34,565 bases of DNA. It comes from a virus. Taxonomy: Duplodnaviria > Caudoviricetes. Location: IMG/VR virus record IMGVR_UViG_3300020045_003669, positions 1 to 34,565 of that record; one strand, given 5' to 3'. The notes under the pieces are model-generated. The model saw nothing but the letters and a program-made list of their open reading frames with translations, ran no database searches and was not told the origin of the DNA. The stretch's first letter is position 1, and every line of letters begins with the position of its first letter. Position numbers and translations under genes: made by a program. Shown here piece after piece: positions 16,270-24,886 of the stretch.

Positions 16270-16625
16270 TGACAGTCAGAAAATTAGATCCGGAAACGGG
16301 TGATATCGTTACGTCAGGCGTTCAATTTATCGCCGGGCAGGATGAAATAGCGCAGACGGTGGAAACGCGCCTAATGCTGTTTCTGGGCGAGTATTTCCGG
16401 GATATAACAGACGGAACGCCATGGTTTCAACAGATCCTTGGCAAGGGATCGTCGCTTACCAACAAAGAATCGGCGCTAAAAATGCGGATGATGCGCACTG
16501 ATGGCGTGGTGCAGTTAACTCGCTTCTCGACTGATTACAATATCGACACCAGAAAATATACTGTAAGCGCTGGTATACTGACGACATTCGGTGAAATTGA
16601 ATTAAACATGGGGCGCGTCATCTGA
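16269..16625 (+). CDS. Baseplate wedge/sheath initiator (gp25/W-like)
   Basis: IAQTVETRLMLFLGEYFRDITDGTPW; lies between spike and J. Confidence 0.8.
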   Translation: MTVRKLDPETGDIVTSGVQFIAGQDEIAQTVETRLMLFLGEYFRDITDGTPWFQQILGKGSSLTNKESALKMRMMRTDGVVQLTRFSTDYNIDTRKYTVSAGILTTFGEIELNMGRVI

Positions 16626-17824
16626 TGGCTGAAATTACGGAAACTGGCTACAAGATTAAAACGCAGAATGAATATTTTGCAGACGAACGCGCTCGCTATT
16701 TGGCAATCGATCCAAGTTGGAATCTTGACCCGTCCACGCCTGATGGATTGAAGCTGGCTAGTGATGCGGAAATCTGGGCCAATCTGGACGAAATGGGTCA
16801 GCAGGCTTATAACTCCAAAGATCCGGCCAAAGCCAAAGCCATGGATCTAGACGTTATCGCGGCCATTACCGGCACACGCCGCAGCCTTGGCACTCCGTCC
16901 ACTGTCACGCTAACCTTATCCGGTGTAGCTGGAACACCAATTATTGCCGGACAGCGCGTGGAGTCAGTAGAAAATGGCAAGCGATGGATCACCGATAAAG
17001 ACGTGGTGATTGGCCCCGGCAGTACGGTCAGTGTAACTGCCACCTGTGCAGAGCTTGGCGCAACTCAGGCCAGCCCAGCTACTATCACGCGCATTATTGA
17101 TACGGTCGGCGGATGGCAGGCAGTCACAAATCCACTTGCGGCTATTTCTGGATTCAATAAGCAGAAAGATCAAGAGCTACGCATTGAACGCGCCAAGGCG
17201 GTAGGACGGCCCGGGATCAATCAGATTGATTCCATGCTTGGCGAATTGCTTTCTGTAGACGGGGTGAGGCGCTGTGTCGTTTATGAAAACGATACTGGGG
17301 CGGTTGATGCTCACGGCCTACCCGCACATAGCATGGCGGTAATCGCTGATGGCGGAACAGACGACGCTGTGGCCATGGCCATTTACGTTAAAAAGAATCC
17401 TGGCTGCAGCTTGTTTCAAGCCGGAACTGCCGTGGCTATTACGGTTACATCGCCAGTTCACCCGCAAAACACCAAAGTAATTAAATTTAGCCGCCCAATC
17501 GATGTAAACATGACTGTAACGGTATCGGTTAAATCCGATGGCAGTCTGCCAAGCAACGTGAATGAAATCATCACACAGGCCATTCTTGACTATGCGGCGG
17601 GTGATTTTGTGGCTGCTCAATGCGGATATAGCGTACAAGGGTTCGATATTGGCGAAGAAGTTCCATTTAGTCGACTGTACGCGCCAGTTATGCAGGTGCT
17701 GGGTCAGTATGGCAATAGCTACATTACGGCCATGACATTGAATGGCGGATCTGCAAACGTGCCGGTTGCGTTCAATCAGTTATCACGCTGGGCAGCATCG
17801 CGCATTGCGGTGACAGTAGCATGA
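16625..17824 (+). CDS. Baseplate J-like protein
   Basis: PSTPDG...LDVIAAITGTRR...DQELRIER...VYENDTG...GLPAHS. Confidence 0.85.
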   Translation: MAEITETGYKIKTQNEYFADERARYLAIDPSWNLDPSTPDGLKLASDAEIWANLDEMGQQAYNSKDPAKAKAMDLDVIAAITGTRRSLGTPSTVTLTLSGVAGTPIIAGQRVESVENGKRWITDKDVVIGPGSTVSVTATCAELGATQASPATITRIIDTVGGWQAVTNPLAAISGFNKQKDQELRIERAKAVGRPGINQIDSMLGELLSVDGVRRCVVYENDTGAVDAHGLPAHSMAVIADGGTDDAVAMAIYVKKNPGCSLFQAGTAVAITVTSPVHPQNTKVIKFSRPIDVNMTVTVSVKSDGSLPSNVNEIITQAILDYAAGDFVAAQCGYSVQGFDIGEEVPFSRLYAPVMQVLGQYGNSYITAMTLNGGSANVPVAFNQLSRWAASRIAVTVA

Positions 17825-18453
17825 CGACACCAGATCGTATTTACGCCCAGTACCGCAACAAGCCAAAGGCCGTGGCGTGGTATCGCATAACCCCTGAAAT
17901 CGCCGGCCAGCTTGAGACGGTTTATAATTCGATTCGTCTGAGTTACAACATTGATCATGCCACCTTCGATCAGCTTGACGTGCTGGGCCGAATTGTCGTC
18001 ATTGATCGTTCGTATGAAGCAGGTGTAATTTTTGAGACAACAGACTGGGGTGGCGTGGATTCCCAGTTTGGCGGAACAGATAGCATGTTCACTGCGCCAT
18101 CAGGAATTACCAATGCCACGCTTAGTGATGAAATTTTTAGAAAGCTGATCAAATCAAAAATTGCAAAGAACAATTCTGACGCGACTATTGACAGCATCAT
18201 TACCGCGCTCGAATTCATTACTGGTGACACGCAGATACGCGTGATTGATCCGGAGGATATGACGTTTACCATTGAGTTTGGCATGGAGCTAACTCCCGTA
18301 GACCGCATGTTACTCACAAGTTTTAATATCGTGCCGAAGCCGCAAGGGGTTCGGTTTGCTGGATTCTCAGAAACGCCTGCCGTGACTTATTGGGGCGGTG
18401 AATATGGTTGGGGCGATAACCGATCCCAATTTGGTCAATATTTTGGAGTTTAA
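17821..18453 (+). CDS. Baseplate wedge protein (DUF2612-like)
   Basis: IYAQYRNKPK...QLDVLGRIV...KIAKNN...PKPQGV. Confidence 0.8.
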   Translation: MTTPDRIYAQYRNKPKAVAWYRITPEIAGQLETVYNSIRLSYNIDHATFDQLDVLGRIVVIDRSYEAGVIFETTDWGGVDSQFGGTDSMFTAPSGITNATLSDEIFRKLIKSKIAKNNSDATIDSIITALEFITGDTQIRVIDPEDMTFTIEFGMELTPVDRMLLTSFNIVPKPQGVRFAGFSETPAVTYWGGEYGWGDNRSQFGQYFGV

Positions 18454-18456
18454 TTA

Positions 18457-20832
18457 ATGCTAAAACCCTACGAAGCGTACGCCCCTCGAGCAAATGTGCC
18501 GGATGCAAACTACCCTCTTGGATCAATTAAAAACATGTCCGTTCCAGGCGCAAAGGACGGCACCCCTTTGGATGCGAGATGGGGGAATAATATCGAGGGA
18601 TTCCATCAATCCCTGCTCGCTGCGGCGGGAATTGTTGCGAGCGGACAGGCGGACAAGGTAGGTGCATCCCAACTTTTTGATGCATTAAGAACAATTACAA
18701 AAATTGTTGTGCCAAATTTTCAGCAATTAAGAAAAACTATCGCATCTTCGTCAATGCTATCCGTTCAGCTTAGTTGCCATACCAATGAAAAATCAGGCGG
18801 CGGTGGTCAATTTTATTGGGACGCATCATCAACTGAGGTGGATGACGGCGGAACTATTGCGGCCGTTGAAAACGTATCCACTGGCCGGTGGAAGCGATCA
18901 TCCCCGGGAATGGTAGATGTTGATATGTTTGGTGCGGCCGGAGATGCTATTTACACTCCTGCCACAGGATCAGCAACAGGCACTGATAGCGCTCCGCCAT
19001 TTCAGAAGCTGGCAAGACTCTGTGATGCTGGGGCGGCATATTGGTATGTCGATGCATGGAACAAAGACTATTTAATCAAGTCAACAATAGCGTTTAAGCA
19101 GCCAGGGGTTAAGGTTTTTAGTAATAGCGGCGCACGGGCATTGTCTCGTGAATCCCCTATGAAGAAAGGGAATATTTTCCTTGATCGCGGCATGACACGC
19201 GCTTTCGATTTTGGCGAATCGAGAACCACGGGCAATCCGGCGGACAATTGGACGGTGGACGGAATTAGTATTGCTGCCGTGTGGGCCGATGCAACTTGTG
19301 ATGGGTTTGTGTTTACTTCAGCTACGGACGGGCCGGACCGCGGGATTGTTATCTCCAACTGCTCGGGAACGTACCTAAAGAATGCCATATCATTCCCGTC
19401 CCGCGGAACGTCAACAGCGGCGGCCACAGTTGAAATAAAAAATTGTACTTTTGTTGGAAATGACTACGCCATCTCTGCCGACGCTGGGAATGTATTGGGC
19501 GCTCGAATTGTGAGTAATCAGATCGAGCAAAACACAAAAGGGGCCATTAAGGGTGCGTTCAATGGCCCAGTGTACATTGCAGACAATATGCTAGAGGGGC
19601 AACCAAATCCTATTCACCTGCGCTATCCAGAGGTTGTTGGCGGGAATAGATGTGCCGCTGTCATCGAGCGAAATTATTTTGAATATAATACAGGCAGCTA
19701 CGGAATCAGATTTGATGTCGGGTCGTTTTGCTCTCTGACTGTAAAAAATAATTACTGGCAAGGGCCGTGGCCGACCGATAAGGTCATGCTATTCGGCCAA
19801 GGAACAGTAAACCTAAAGGTTGACGAGGAGCTATACGAAGACGTCAAAGTCACTTTTAATGAATTCGGCGGTATCGTCGATTACGGCAGTGATTTTTTGG
19901 GAAATAAAACGGCTGAGTTTTTAATTCGACAACTAATCCCCGGAAAGCCCCCGCTAATTTTCACGGAAGACTATGAAAACTTTCAAACAAATTTGCCGTT
20001 AGCAAATAGCCCGGAATCAGGTGCATTACATTATGATACTCCGTACGGGAACATGCTTTGCTCGTCATGGAATGAGCCGGTATTTATACCTGCCAATATC
20101 ATTAACGGCCAATTATTTGCGCTTAATATTTTTTGCCGCATTGATAACGGCGCTATTCCATCCTTTGAATTGCTTAATAATGCACAAAATAGCGCAGTCA
20201 TAAATTTTTACGCGGCAGGAGAGGGCCAGATTAATTGCAATGGTCGATGGGCGCTACTAACCGTTGTTGGCATAGCCAATCAGGACTCAAGCGGACTGTA
20301 TTTTAAATCAGCCCAGCGACCAGGATCGACTGGAGAATTTTTAGTTGCTGGAATTGCATTTAAAAATTACGGAGCTTTTGTTAACGATGGAAGCATGGCG
20401 GTTGGAATGTCACCTGTAATGCCAAGTCGCGTAATAAATCAACTAGGATCAAATTATAATCAAACAGGAACTGCTGGTACTGTGTCTATTATCGACACGG
20501 GAATTTCTCCGCTTACAATGTTTGGTGTTGATTATGTGTCTAGATATTCCCTCACTGCAAAGGGAGACACGAACGCCACTTCAACCACGGAGACGGCAAT
20601 TGCATATGGAGATATTACTGTAATTAACACGGGCGCTGCATTTAGCATATCTTACATCAACCAAGGTAGCTCGGGCGGATCAAATCCAATTACGGTATCT
20701 GCTGTATTTTGGGATGGAACATCAGAAACTTCAACAACTACAAATACATCAGCGCAAATCCGCATTAAAATTGCTGGTTATTTGAACAACACGGGGTATG
20801 GACAGGTTTGCAGACTAGTTAAGCTGGTATAA
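18457..20832 (+). CDS. Tailspike/tail fibre with a beta-helix (putative depolymerase)
   Basis: Anchor YPLGSIKN...DGTPL...SQLFDAL; GGGQFYWD...DDGGT...GRWKR domain; VDMFGAAGD...D beta-helix start; repeated IxNCxF, IxxNxIE and IERNYFE rungs. Confidence 0.8.
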   Translation: MLKPYEAYAPRANVPDANYPLGSIKNMSVPGAKDGTPLDARWGNNIEGFHQSLLAAAGIVASGQADKVGASQLFDALRTITKIVVPNFQQLRKTIASSSMLSVQLSCHTNEKSGGGGQFYWDASSTEVDDGGTIAAVENVSTGRWKRSSPGMVDVDMFGAAGDAIYTPATGSATGTDSAPPFQKLARLCDAGAAYWYVDAWNKDYLIKSTIAFKQPGVKVFSNSGARALSRESPMKKGNIFLDRGMTRAFDFGESRTTGNPADNWTVDGISIAAVWADATCDGFVFTSATDGPDRGIVISNCSGTYLKNAISFPSRGTSTAAATVEIKNCTFVGNDYAISADAGNVLGARIVSNQIEQNTKGAIKGAFNGPVYIADNMLEGQPNPIHLRYPEVVGGNRCAAVIERNYFEYNTGSYGIRFDVGSFCSLTVKNNYWQGPWPTDKVMLFGQGTVNLKVDEELYEDVKVTFNEFGGIVDYGSDFLGNKTAEFLIRQLIPGKPPLIFTEDYENFQTNLPLANSPESGALHYDTPYGNMLCSSWNEPVFIPANIINGQLFALNIFCRIDNGAIPSFELLNNAQNSAVINFYAAGEGQINCNGRWALLTVVGIANQDSSGLYFKSAQRPGSTGEFLVAGIAFKNYGAFVNDGSMAVGMSPVMPSRVINQLGSNYNQTGTAGTVSIIDTGISPLTMFGVDYVSRYSLTAKGDTNATSTTETAIAYGDITVINTGAAFSISYINQGSSGGSNPITVSAVFWDGTSETSTTTNTSAQIRIKIAGYLNNTGYGQVCRLVKLV

Positions 20833-20839
20833 CAAACAA

Positions 20840-20864
20840 CTCCCCGCACACGCGGGGTTTTCTT
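20840..20864 (+). terminator. Rho-independent terminator
   Basis: CCCCGC-ACAC-GCGGGG-TTTT after the tailspike. Confidence 0.75.
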
Positions 20865-20878
20865 TAAATGTCAATATT

Positions 20879-20887
20879 TGATACAAT
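20879..20887 (+). promoter_or_regulatory. Extended -10 promoter of the peptide operon
   Basis: TG-A-TACAAT, identical to 6131-6139, 29 nt before ATG 20917. Confidence 0.55.
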
Positions 20888-20916
20888 CAGCACACAAACA
20901 AAACAGGAAGAGAATA

Positions 20917-21036
20917 ATGCGACCAATTCGCGCAGGTGGACAAGGAAAGACCCGACCAGCACAAGCTTCGGTGCCAGCTCAAAAATCAATCCCCGGTAAA
21001 GATGCTGGCGGCCAAGGCAAGCAGCGACCAAAATAA
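20917..21036 (+). CDS. 39-aa basic peptide with a duplicated AGGQGKxRP motif (not in ORF track)
   Basis: MRPIRAGGQGKTRPAQASVPAQKSIPGKDAGGQGKQRPK*. AGGA RBS, TAATG coupling; the two repeats differ at synonymous codon positions. Confidence 0.75.
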   Translation: MRPIRAGGQGKTRPAQASVPAQKSIPGKDAGGQGKQRPK

Positions 21037-21500
21037 TGATTCCGTTAATCGTGGGGATATCGTGGCTAACTTTAATAAGGCAACGAAATGCCCCGCGGTT
21101 ATATGCGGCTCTGGTATATGCGGCGATCAACACGGCCTGTGAATTCTTTCTTGCAGACACAGGCGTTTATTATTACGGCATCGCAGCAATGGCTGATCTG
21201 CTGATTATGATTTTAACCAGCCAGATCAATCCAATGCCTAGAATGGTCGTAAATCTGCACCGTCTATGCCTAATCAGCATTATTGCAAATGGTATCGGGT
21301 GGCTAATGTGGTTTTTCTACCTACCGCCCGATTTCTACAATGGAATATTCATCGTGCTCTATGCCTGGGCAATCATCATTTTATGCGAGCGTGACCATGC
21401 CGGAGTGGATGAGTTTAGAGCTGATAGCTGGATCAATCACATTCTTGGCCGTGATCGTTCAGGGCTGCGTCATGCTATTAAAAGTGAAGCGAAAATATGA
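21036..21500 (+). CDS. Polytopic membrane protein (~5 TM) of unknown function
   Basis: Five hydrophobic segments and a polar C-tail; coupled to the peptide and to the holin-like gene. Confidence 0.75.
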   Translation: MIPLIVGISWLTLIRQRNAPRLYAALVYAAINTACEFFLADTGVYYYGIAAMADLLIMILTSQINPMPRMVVNLHRLCLISIIANGIGWLMWFFYLPPDFYNGIFIVLYAWAIIILCERDHAGVDEFRADSWINHILGRDRSGLRHAIKSEAKI

Positions 21501-21564
21501 GCATCAAAGACTTATTGACCGATACAAGAGCAGCGAGCGCGGTATCAGGGACAACGGTGACTAG
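21409..21564 (+). CDS. Possible nested single-TM protein (51 aa)
   Basis: MSLELIAGSITFLAVIVQGCVMLLKVKRKYEHQRLIDRYKSSERGIRDNGD*. Clean TM followed by KVKRK; GGAG just upstream with short spacing. Confidence 0.35.
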   Translation: MSLELIAGSITFLAVIVQGCVMLLKVKRKYEHQRLIDRYKSSERGIRDNGD

Positions 21565-21751
21565 TGGTCTGGCTACATGGCTTGATATGGTGCCGAACGA
21601 GATTGGAAAGCTTGCCACGCTGGTTGGTACGGTTTTGTCGCTCGTTATGATCTACGTTTACATACAGAAAAATTCCCGCGAAGCAAAAGAATCTAGCGTA
21701 CAGCTTGAGATCCTAATGCTTGAGCGGGACAGATTGGCCGGCAAAGATTAG
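21497..21751 (+). CDS. Holin-like small membrane protein
   Basis: 84 aa, weakly hydrophobic N-segment, TM LATLVGTVLSLVMIYVYI, charged C-tail. Last late-strand gene. Confidence 0.5.
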   Translation: MSIKDLLTDTRAASAVSGTTVTSGLATWLDMVPNEIGKLATLVGTVLSLVMIYVYIQKNSREAKESSVQLEILMLERDRLAGKD

Positions 21752-21951
21752 CCCTCGTACTCTCCGTGATCAGTCATGAAATACTTGATAAAGCGTTTTG
21801 CCATGCAGGCTAATTCGCACAGCATCCATACGCCACCTGAAAACATAAAGCAGGCTTGCATCCACACGGAAACGCTGTCGATCTGTGGCTGATATCCACT
21901 GACCAGCACGGCCAGCACGAACGCAATCACTGCGATATCTTTTGTTGTCAT
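21748..21951 (-). CDS. Small 2-TM protein
   Basis: MTTKDIAVIAFVLAVLVSG...; start reassigned to 21951 (ATGA overlap). Confidence 0.55.
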   Translation of the reverse strand: MTTKDIAVIAFVLAVLVSGYQPQIDSVSVWMQACFMFSGGVWMLCELACMAKRFIKYFMTDHGEYEG

Positions 21952-22313
21952 GATAAATTCCCCTTTGTTTTTGATGTCGGAACCTTGGTATATACCCAAC
22001 GCGCGTTTTTTCCCTTGGTAGGAATAAACAGATCGTGATACCGAAGCAATGAATTGTAAAGTGTCGTCTGTTTGATTGGCGACGCTAACTTTTTGTTGGC
22101 CTCCACGGCCTGCGGTGTCGTAAACTTTTTCGGCAGCATCGCCAGAATTTCCGCCATCTTTCCGCGTATTTCTTTGTCTACTGCTGCGTCACGCTCCGCC
22201 CGGGTGATTCCGCTATCTCCTGCCGGCCGATCGCTTGGATCGTATTGCTTGGTCAACATAACGCCATAACCCATCAATGCGGCTGCGCGTGGTGGTAATT
22301 GACTGATATTCAT
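21948..22313 (-). CDS. Hypothetical protein
   Basis: Start MNISQLPP at 22313 with GGAG RBS and overlap. Confidence 0.6.
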   Translation of the reverse strand: MNISQLPPRAAALMGYGVMLTKQYDPSDRPAGDSGITRAERDAAVDKEIRGKMAEILAMLPKKFTTPQAVEANKKLASPIKQTTLYNSLLRYHDLFIPTKGKNARWVYTKVPTSKTKGNLS

Positions 22314-22717
22314 GCCACTTCTCCAGCAAGAGCAATAGGCGGCAAGTAAATTGCCCTTGCTTTTTTTCCAATTGGAGTTGGTTTTTCTGTCGTCCCGCAA
22401 TAAAGTCGTACTTTCATCAGAGCCGCCCACTCGGATTTTCCGTTAGGGATAACAATATGCTCTCCGCCATCGTATAGCCTGGCCAGCACTCCATTGACAC
22501 GGCGATAGTAAGGCGTGCTTTGAGCTAACTCTTTGACTGCATCTTTCTTTATCGCAATGCATCCGCCATGCTTGCAGATATCAATAGCCTCTTTTTCATC
22601 GTAAAGTCCGGCTTTTTCAATGCAAATCGTATAACCCTTGCTATCAGCCTTCCACCAGCAAATATGCTCACAATGGTTTGCTGAATGCCCAATATGGGCA
22701 ATTAGATATTTGCTCAT
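22310..22717 (-). CDS. Hypothetical phage protein
   Basis: 135 aa, WWKADSKGYT...AGLY motif; coupled on both sides. Confidence 0.65.
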   Translation of the reverse strand: MSKYLIAHIGHSANHCEHICWWKADSKGYTICIEKAGLYDEKEAIDICKHGGCIAIKKDAVKELAQSTPYYRRVNGVLARLYDGGEHIVIPNGKSEWAALMKVRLYCGTTEKPTPIGKKARAIYLPPIALAGEVA

Positions 22718-23616
22718 TCCACTTCTCCGCCCAGCGCATCAATCAGCGCCGGAATAAATTGGCGCAATTCGCCGATAAACAATGTAGCTAACGATTCAAA
22801 CATGGCATCTTGCGTGGCCACGTCTGCACCTTTCAATTGATCCTGCAAAATATCCATCATCTTGACTCGCTTTATTTCGAGTGACTCTGTTAGCTGGAAG
22901 CTGATTTTACCCTCCCATTCAAGAGCGAGTTTTGTTGCGAATTTACCAGAATAAATCGCCTCCCCAACCTCTTCCGCGTTCATTGATTGGTTCGAAAACT
23001 TAGCCGCAGCACCCCATTCAGGGTCTTTTAATTCACAATCATTCCCCATGCATAACCCGTCCGGAGTTTCACCCTCCATCCACTCAGTCATTGAATTGCT
23101 AACATCTCGCTCAGTTCGCACTAGCTTCGTATTCAGCACGCCCAGCGCCTCACGCATTACCGACAGCATGTCTTCAGCCTTGCTGGTCGAAGATGCTTCA
23201 ATCATCACCATGCCCTGCTGCAGGTCAATGATGGCACGTTGAACGGTGATTTTGGTGAATGCGGTCAGCTTGAGCGTATCTATAAAATCCTGCTCAATCT
23301 TTTTTCGCTCTGCTTTCCCCACTTTTCGACCGACTTTATTTTCGATCATGTCGATGAAATACTGCGCTTTATTTTTAACCACTGCCGATGGAATAATCTT
23401 TTCTTCCGTTTTCAGGTGAATCAGCACCGCGCCCTGGTTAACGTAAGTAATCAGATCCGGACAATGCGGGGCTGGCGCAACAAATCCCATGGTCATCATG
23501 TCGCCGGGGCCGCACGGAGTAAATGGACGTTTTGCCAGTGCTTCTGCGATTGATTCAGCGGTCAGGCCGTGATCTGGCGACAGGCGGAATAAGTTGATTG
23601 ATTTTAGTGGTTTCAT
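22714..23616 (-). CDS. rdgC: Recombination-associated protein RdgC
   Basis: FTPCG...GFVAP...EEKIIPSAVVK...AEDMLSVMREALG...ATKLALEW...LIDALGGE. Confidence 0.9.
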   Translation of the reverse strand: MKPLKSINLFRLSPDHGLTAESIAEALAKRPFTPCGPGDMMTMGFVAPAPHCPDLITYVNQGAVLIHLKTEEKIIPSAVVKNKAQYFIDMIENKVGRKVGKAERKKIEQDFIDTLKLTAFTKITVQRAIIDLQQGMVMIEASSTSKAEDMLSVMREALGVLNTKLVRTERDVSNSMTEWMEGETPDGLCMGNDCELKDPEWGAAAKFSNQSMNAEEVGEAIYSGKFATKLALEWEGKISFQLTESLEIKRVKMMDILQDQLKGADVATQDAMFESLATLFIGELRQFIPALIDALGGEVE

Positions 23617-23702
23617 TTTGGCGCTGCCTTTTTAGTTTGTGATTGCCAGAGCCGAACCCGTCGGCGCTGGCAGGTGATTTGTTTGATTAATCTGCGCGGC
23701 AT
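23613..23702 (-). CDS. Possible 29-aa Arg-rich peptide overlapping a hairpin
   Basis: MPRRLIKQITCQRRRVRLWQSQTKKAAPK*; TGATG and ATGA overlaps with both neighbours. Confidence 0.35.
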   Translation of the reverse strand: MPRRLIKQITCQRRRVRLWQSQTKKAAPK

Positions 23703-24844
23703 CAGTAAGTGATACTCACATTCGGTACGCGCTTCTTATAGATTGCCAGCAGCACTGCCTTTGCTTGATCTTCGGTAACGCCGGTTTCGATAAGCGCAGC
23801 CACTGCCGCCCGGTTTATCTTCGCCCGGTGCGCCGTATCAGCATCACGCGCCGCTTGTTCGTCTGCCAGGCGCTTAACCTCTGCCGCCTGCCGGTCAATC
23901 TCACGCTGGGCCGCTTCTTGCTCGCGTCGGGCCGATGCTGCTAATTCTGCCAAGCGATTTTCTTCTGCCACTTGCGCGGCCAGTTCTGCGCGTCTTTTTT
24001 CTTCAATCAGATCTTGGGCTGCTTTGGCTTTGGCTTGCTCTTCCTTGAATTTGGCAAAGTCTTGCGCCTCTTTCAATTCTTGCGCTGCCTTTTCCTTCGC
24101 TTCGGCCTCGCGCTTTTCTGCATCAATCTTGTCCTGAGCCGTCTTTGCTTCTGCGTCCTTAAGATGCTGCGCGGCCCGGGCAAGATCAGCTTCTGCACGC
24201 TCCTTTGCCAGCAATGCTTCACGTTCACGCTTGTCAGAAGCATCTTTATCTGCCTGCGCTTTGGCCTCTGCGTCCGCCTTAGCCCTTGCTGCGGCCTCTT
24301 GCACCAATGCCGCATCACGTTCGCGCTGTGCCTGCTCGGCGGCTTGGCGCTTGTCTGCTGCGTCGCGGTTAAAGATCTGGTCAGCAAGCAATGCTAGCTC
24401 CCAATCTTGCGCAATGATCGAGTCAAACCACGCCTCATGCTCAATAGCAGCAGCGTGTAACTTTTCGGCCAGCGCGTCGGCAATGCGCTTTTCCTCAATG
24501 GCGGCCTGCTCCGCTTCCCATTCAGTAAGCGGCCGGCGCGTTTCAATTCTTAGCGCGTTGCACTTGTCCTCGAATTCCTTTAGCTCTCGCTCCAGCAGCC
24601 TTGGCAGCTCCTTTATGGTTTTCAGATGCTCGCGGCCGGGAGTTGTTACTACCACTTTGCTACTGGACACCTTGGCGGCCCGGGACGCGATTCGGGCGCG
24701 ACCTTTTGCGGTAGAAACGTCCGGCACTTCATTGGCTGCTTCTTCAATCATTTTATAAAAATGATCAAGCCCATTCCCCTTGAAGATGGCCGGCGCTGTT
24801 TCCGGGGTAATTTCAATTTCAATCAATGCTAGTTCTGTGCTCAT
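23702..24844 (-). CDS. Coiled-coil protein of phage recombination modules
   Basis: PDVSTAKGRARIASRAAKV...RRPLTEWE...Ala/Glu/Lys coiled coil...HRAKINRAA...VPNVSITY. Confidence 0.8.
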   Translation of the reverse strand: MSTELALIEIEITPETAPAIFKGNGLDHFYKMIEEAANEVPDVSTAKGRARIASRAAKVSSSKVVVTTPGREHLKTIKELPRLLERELKEFEDKCNALRIETRRPLTEWEAEQAAIEEKRIADALAEKLHAAAIEHEAWFDSIIAQDWELALLADQIFNRDAADKRQAAEQAQRERDAALVQEAAARAKADAEAKAQADKDASDKREREALLAKERAEADLARAAQHLKDAEAKTAQDKIDAEKREAEAKEKAAQELKEAQDFAKFKEEQAKAKAAQDLIEEKRRAELAAQVAEENRLAELAASARREQEAAQREIDRQAAEVKRLADEQAARDADTAHRAKINRAAVAALIETGVTEDQAKAVLLAIYKKRVPNVSITY

Positions 24845-24886
24845 TTTCGATACCCTCATTGCCCGGCGCGGTGCCGGGCGGTTGGT

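Noticed and set aside
18457-20832. Diversity-generating retroelement or invertible tail-fibre cassette
   Set aside because: No reverse transcriptase, invertase, or template/variable repeat pair seen by eye.
20929-20952. RAGGQGKT resembles a ParA/MinD deviant Walker A motif
   Set aside because: The peptide is only 39 aa with no flanking strand/helix or Walker B, and the second repeat has Q in place of T.
20936-21142. 68-aa ORF from the track (and 20864-21160 on the minus strand)
   Set aside because: Shadow frames. The 39-aa ORF has the RBS, the coupling and the synonymous-repeat signal.
23702-24844. TolA-like or tape-measure-like Ala/Glu/Lys repeats
   Set aside because: No TM anchor, and it sits in the recombination operon; low-complexity coiled-coil similarity only. 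The long antisense ORFs over it are a by-product of codon bias.
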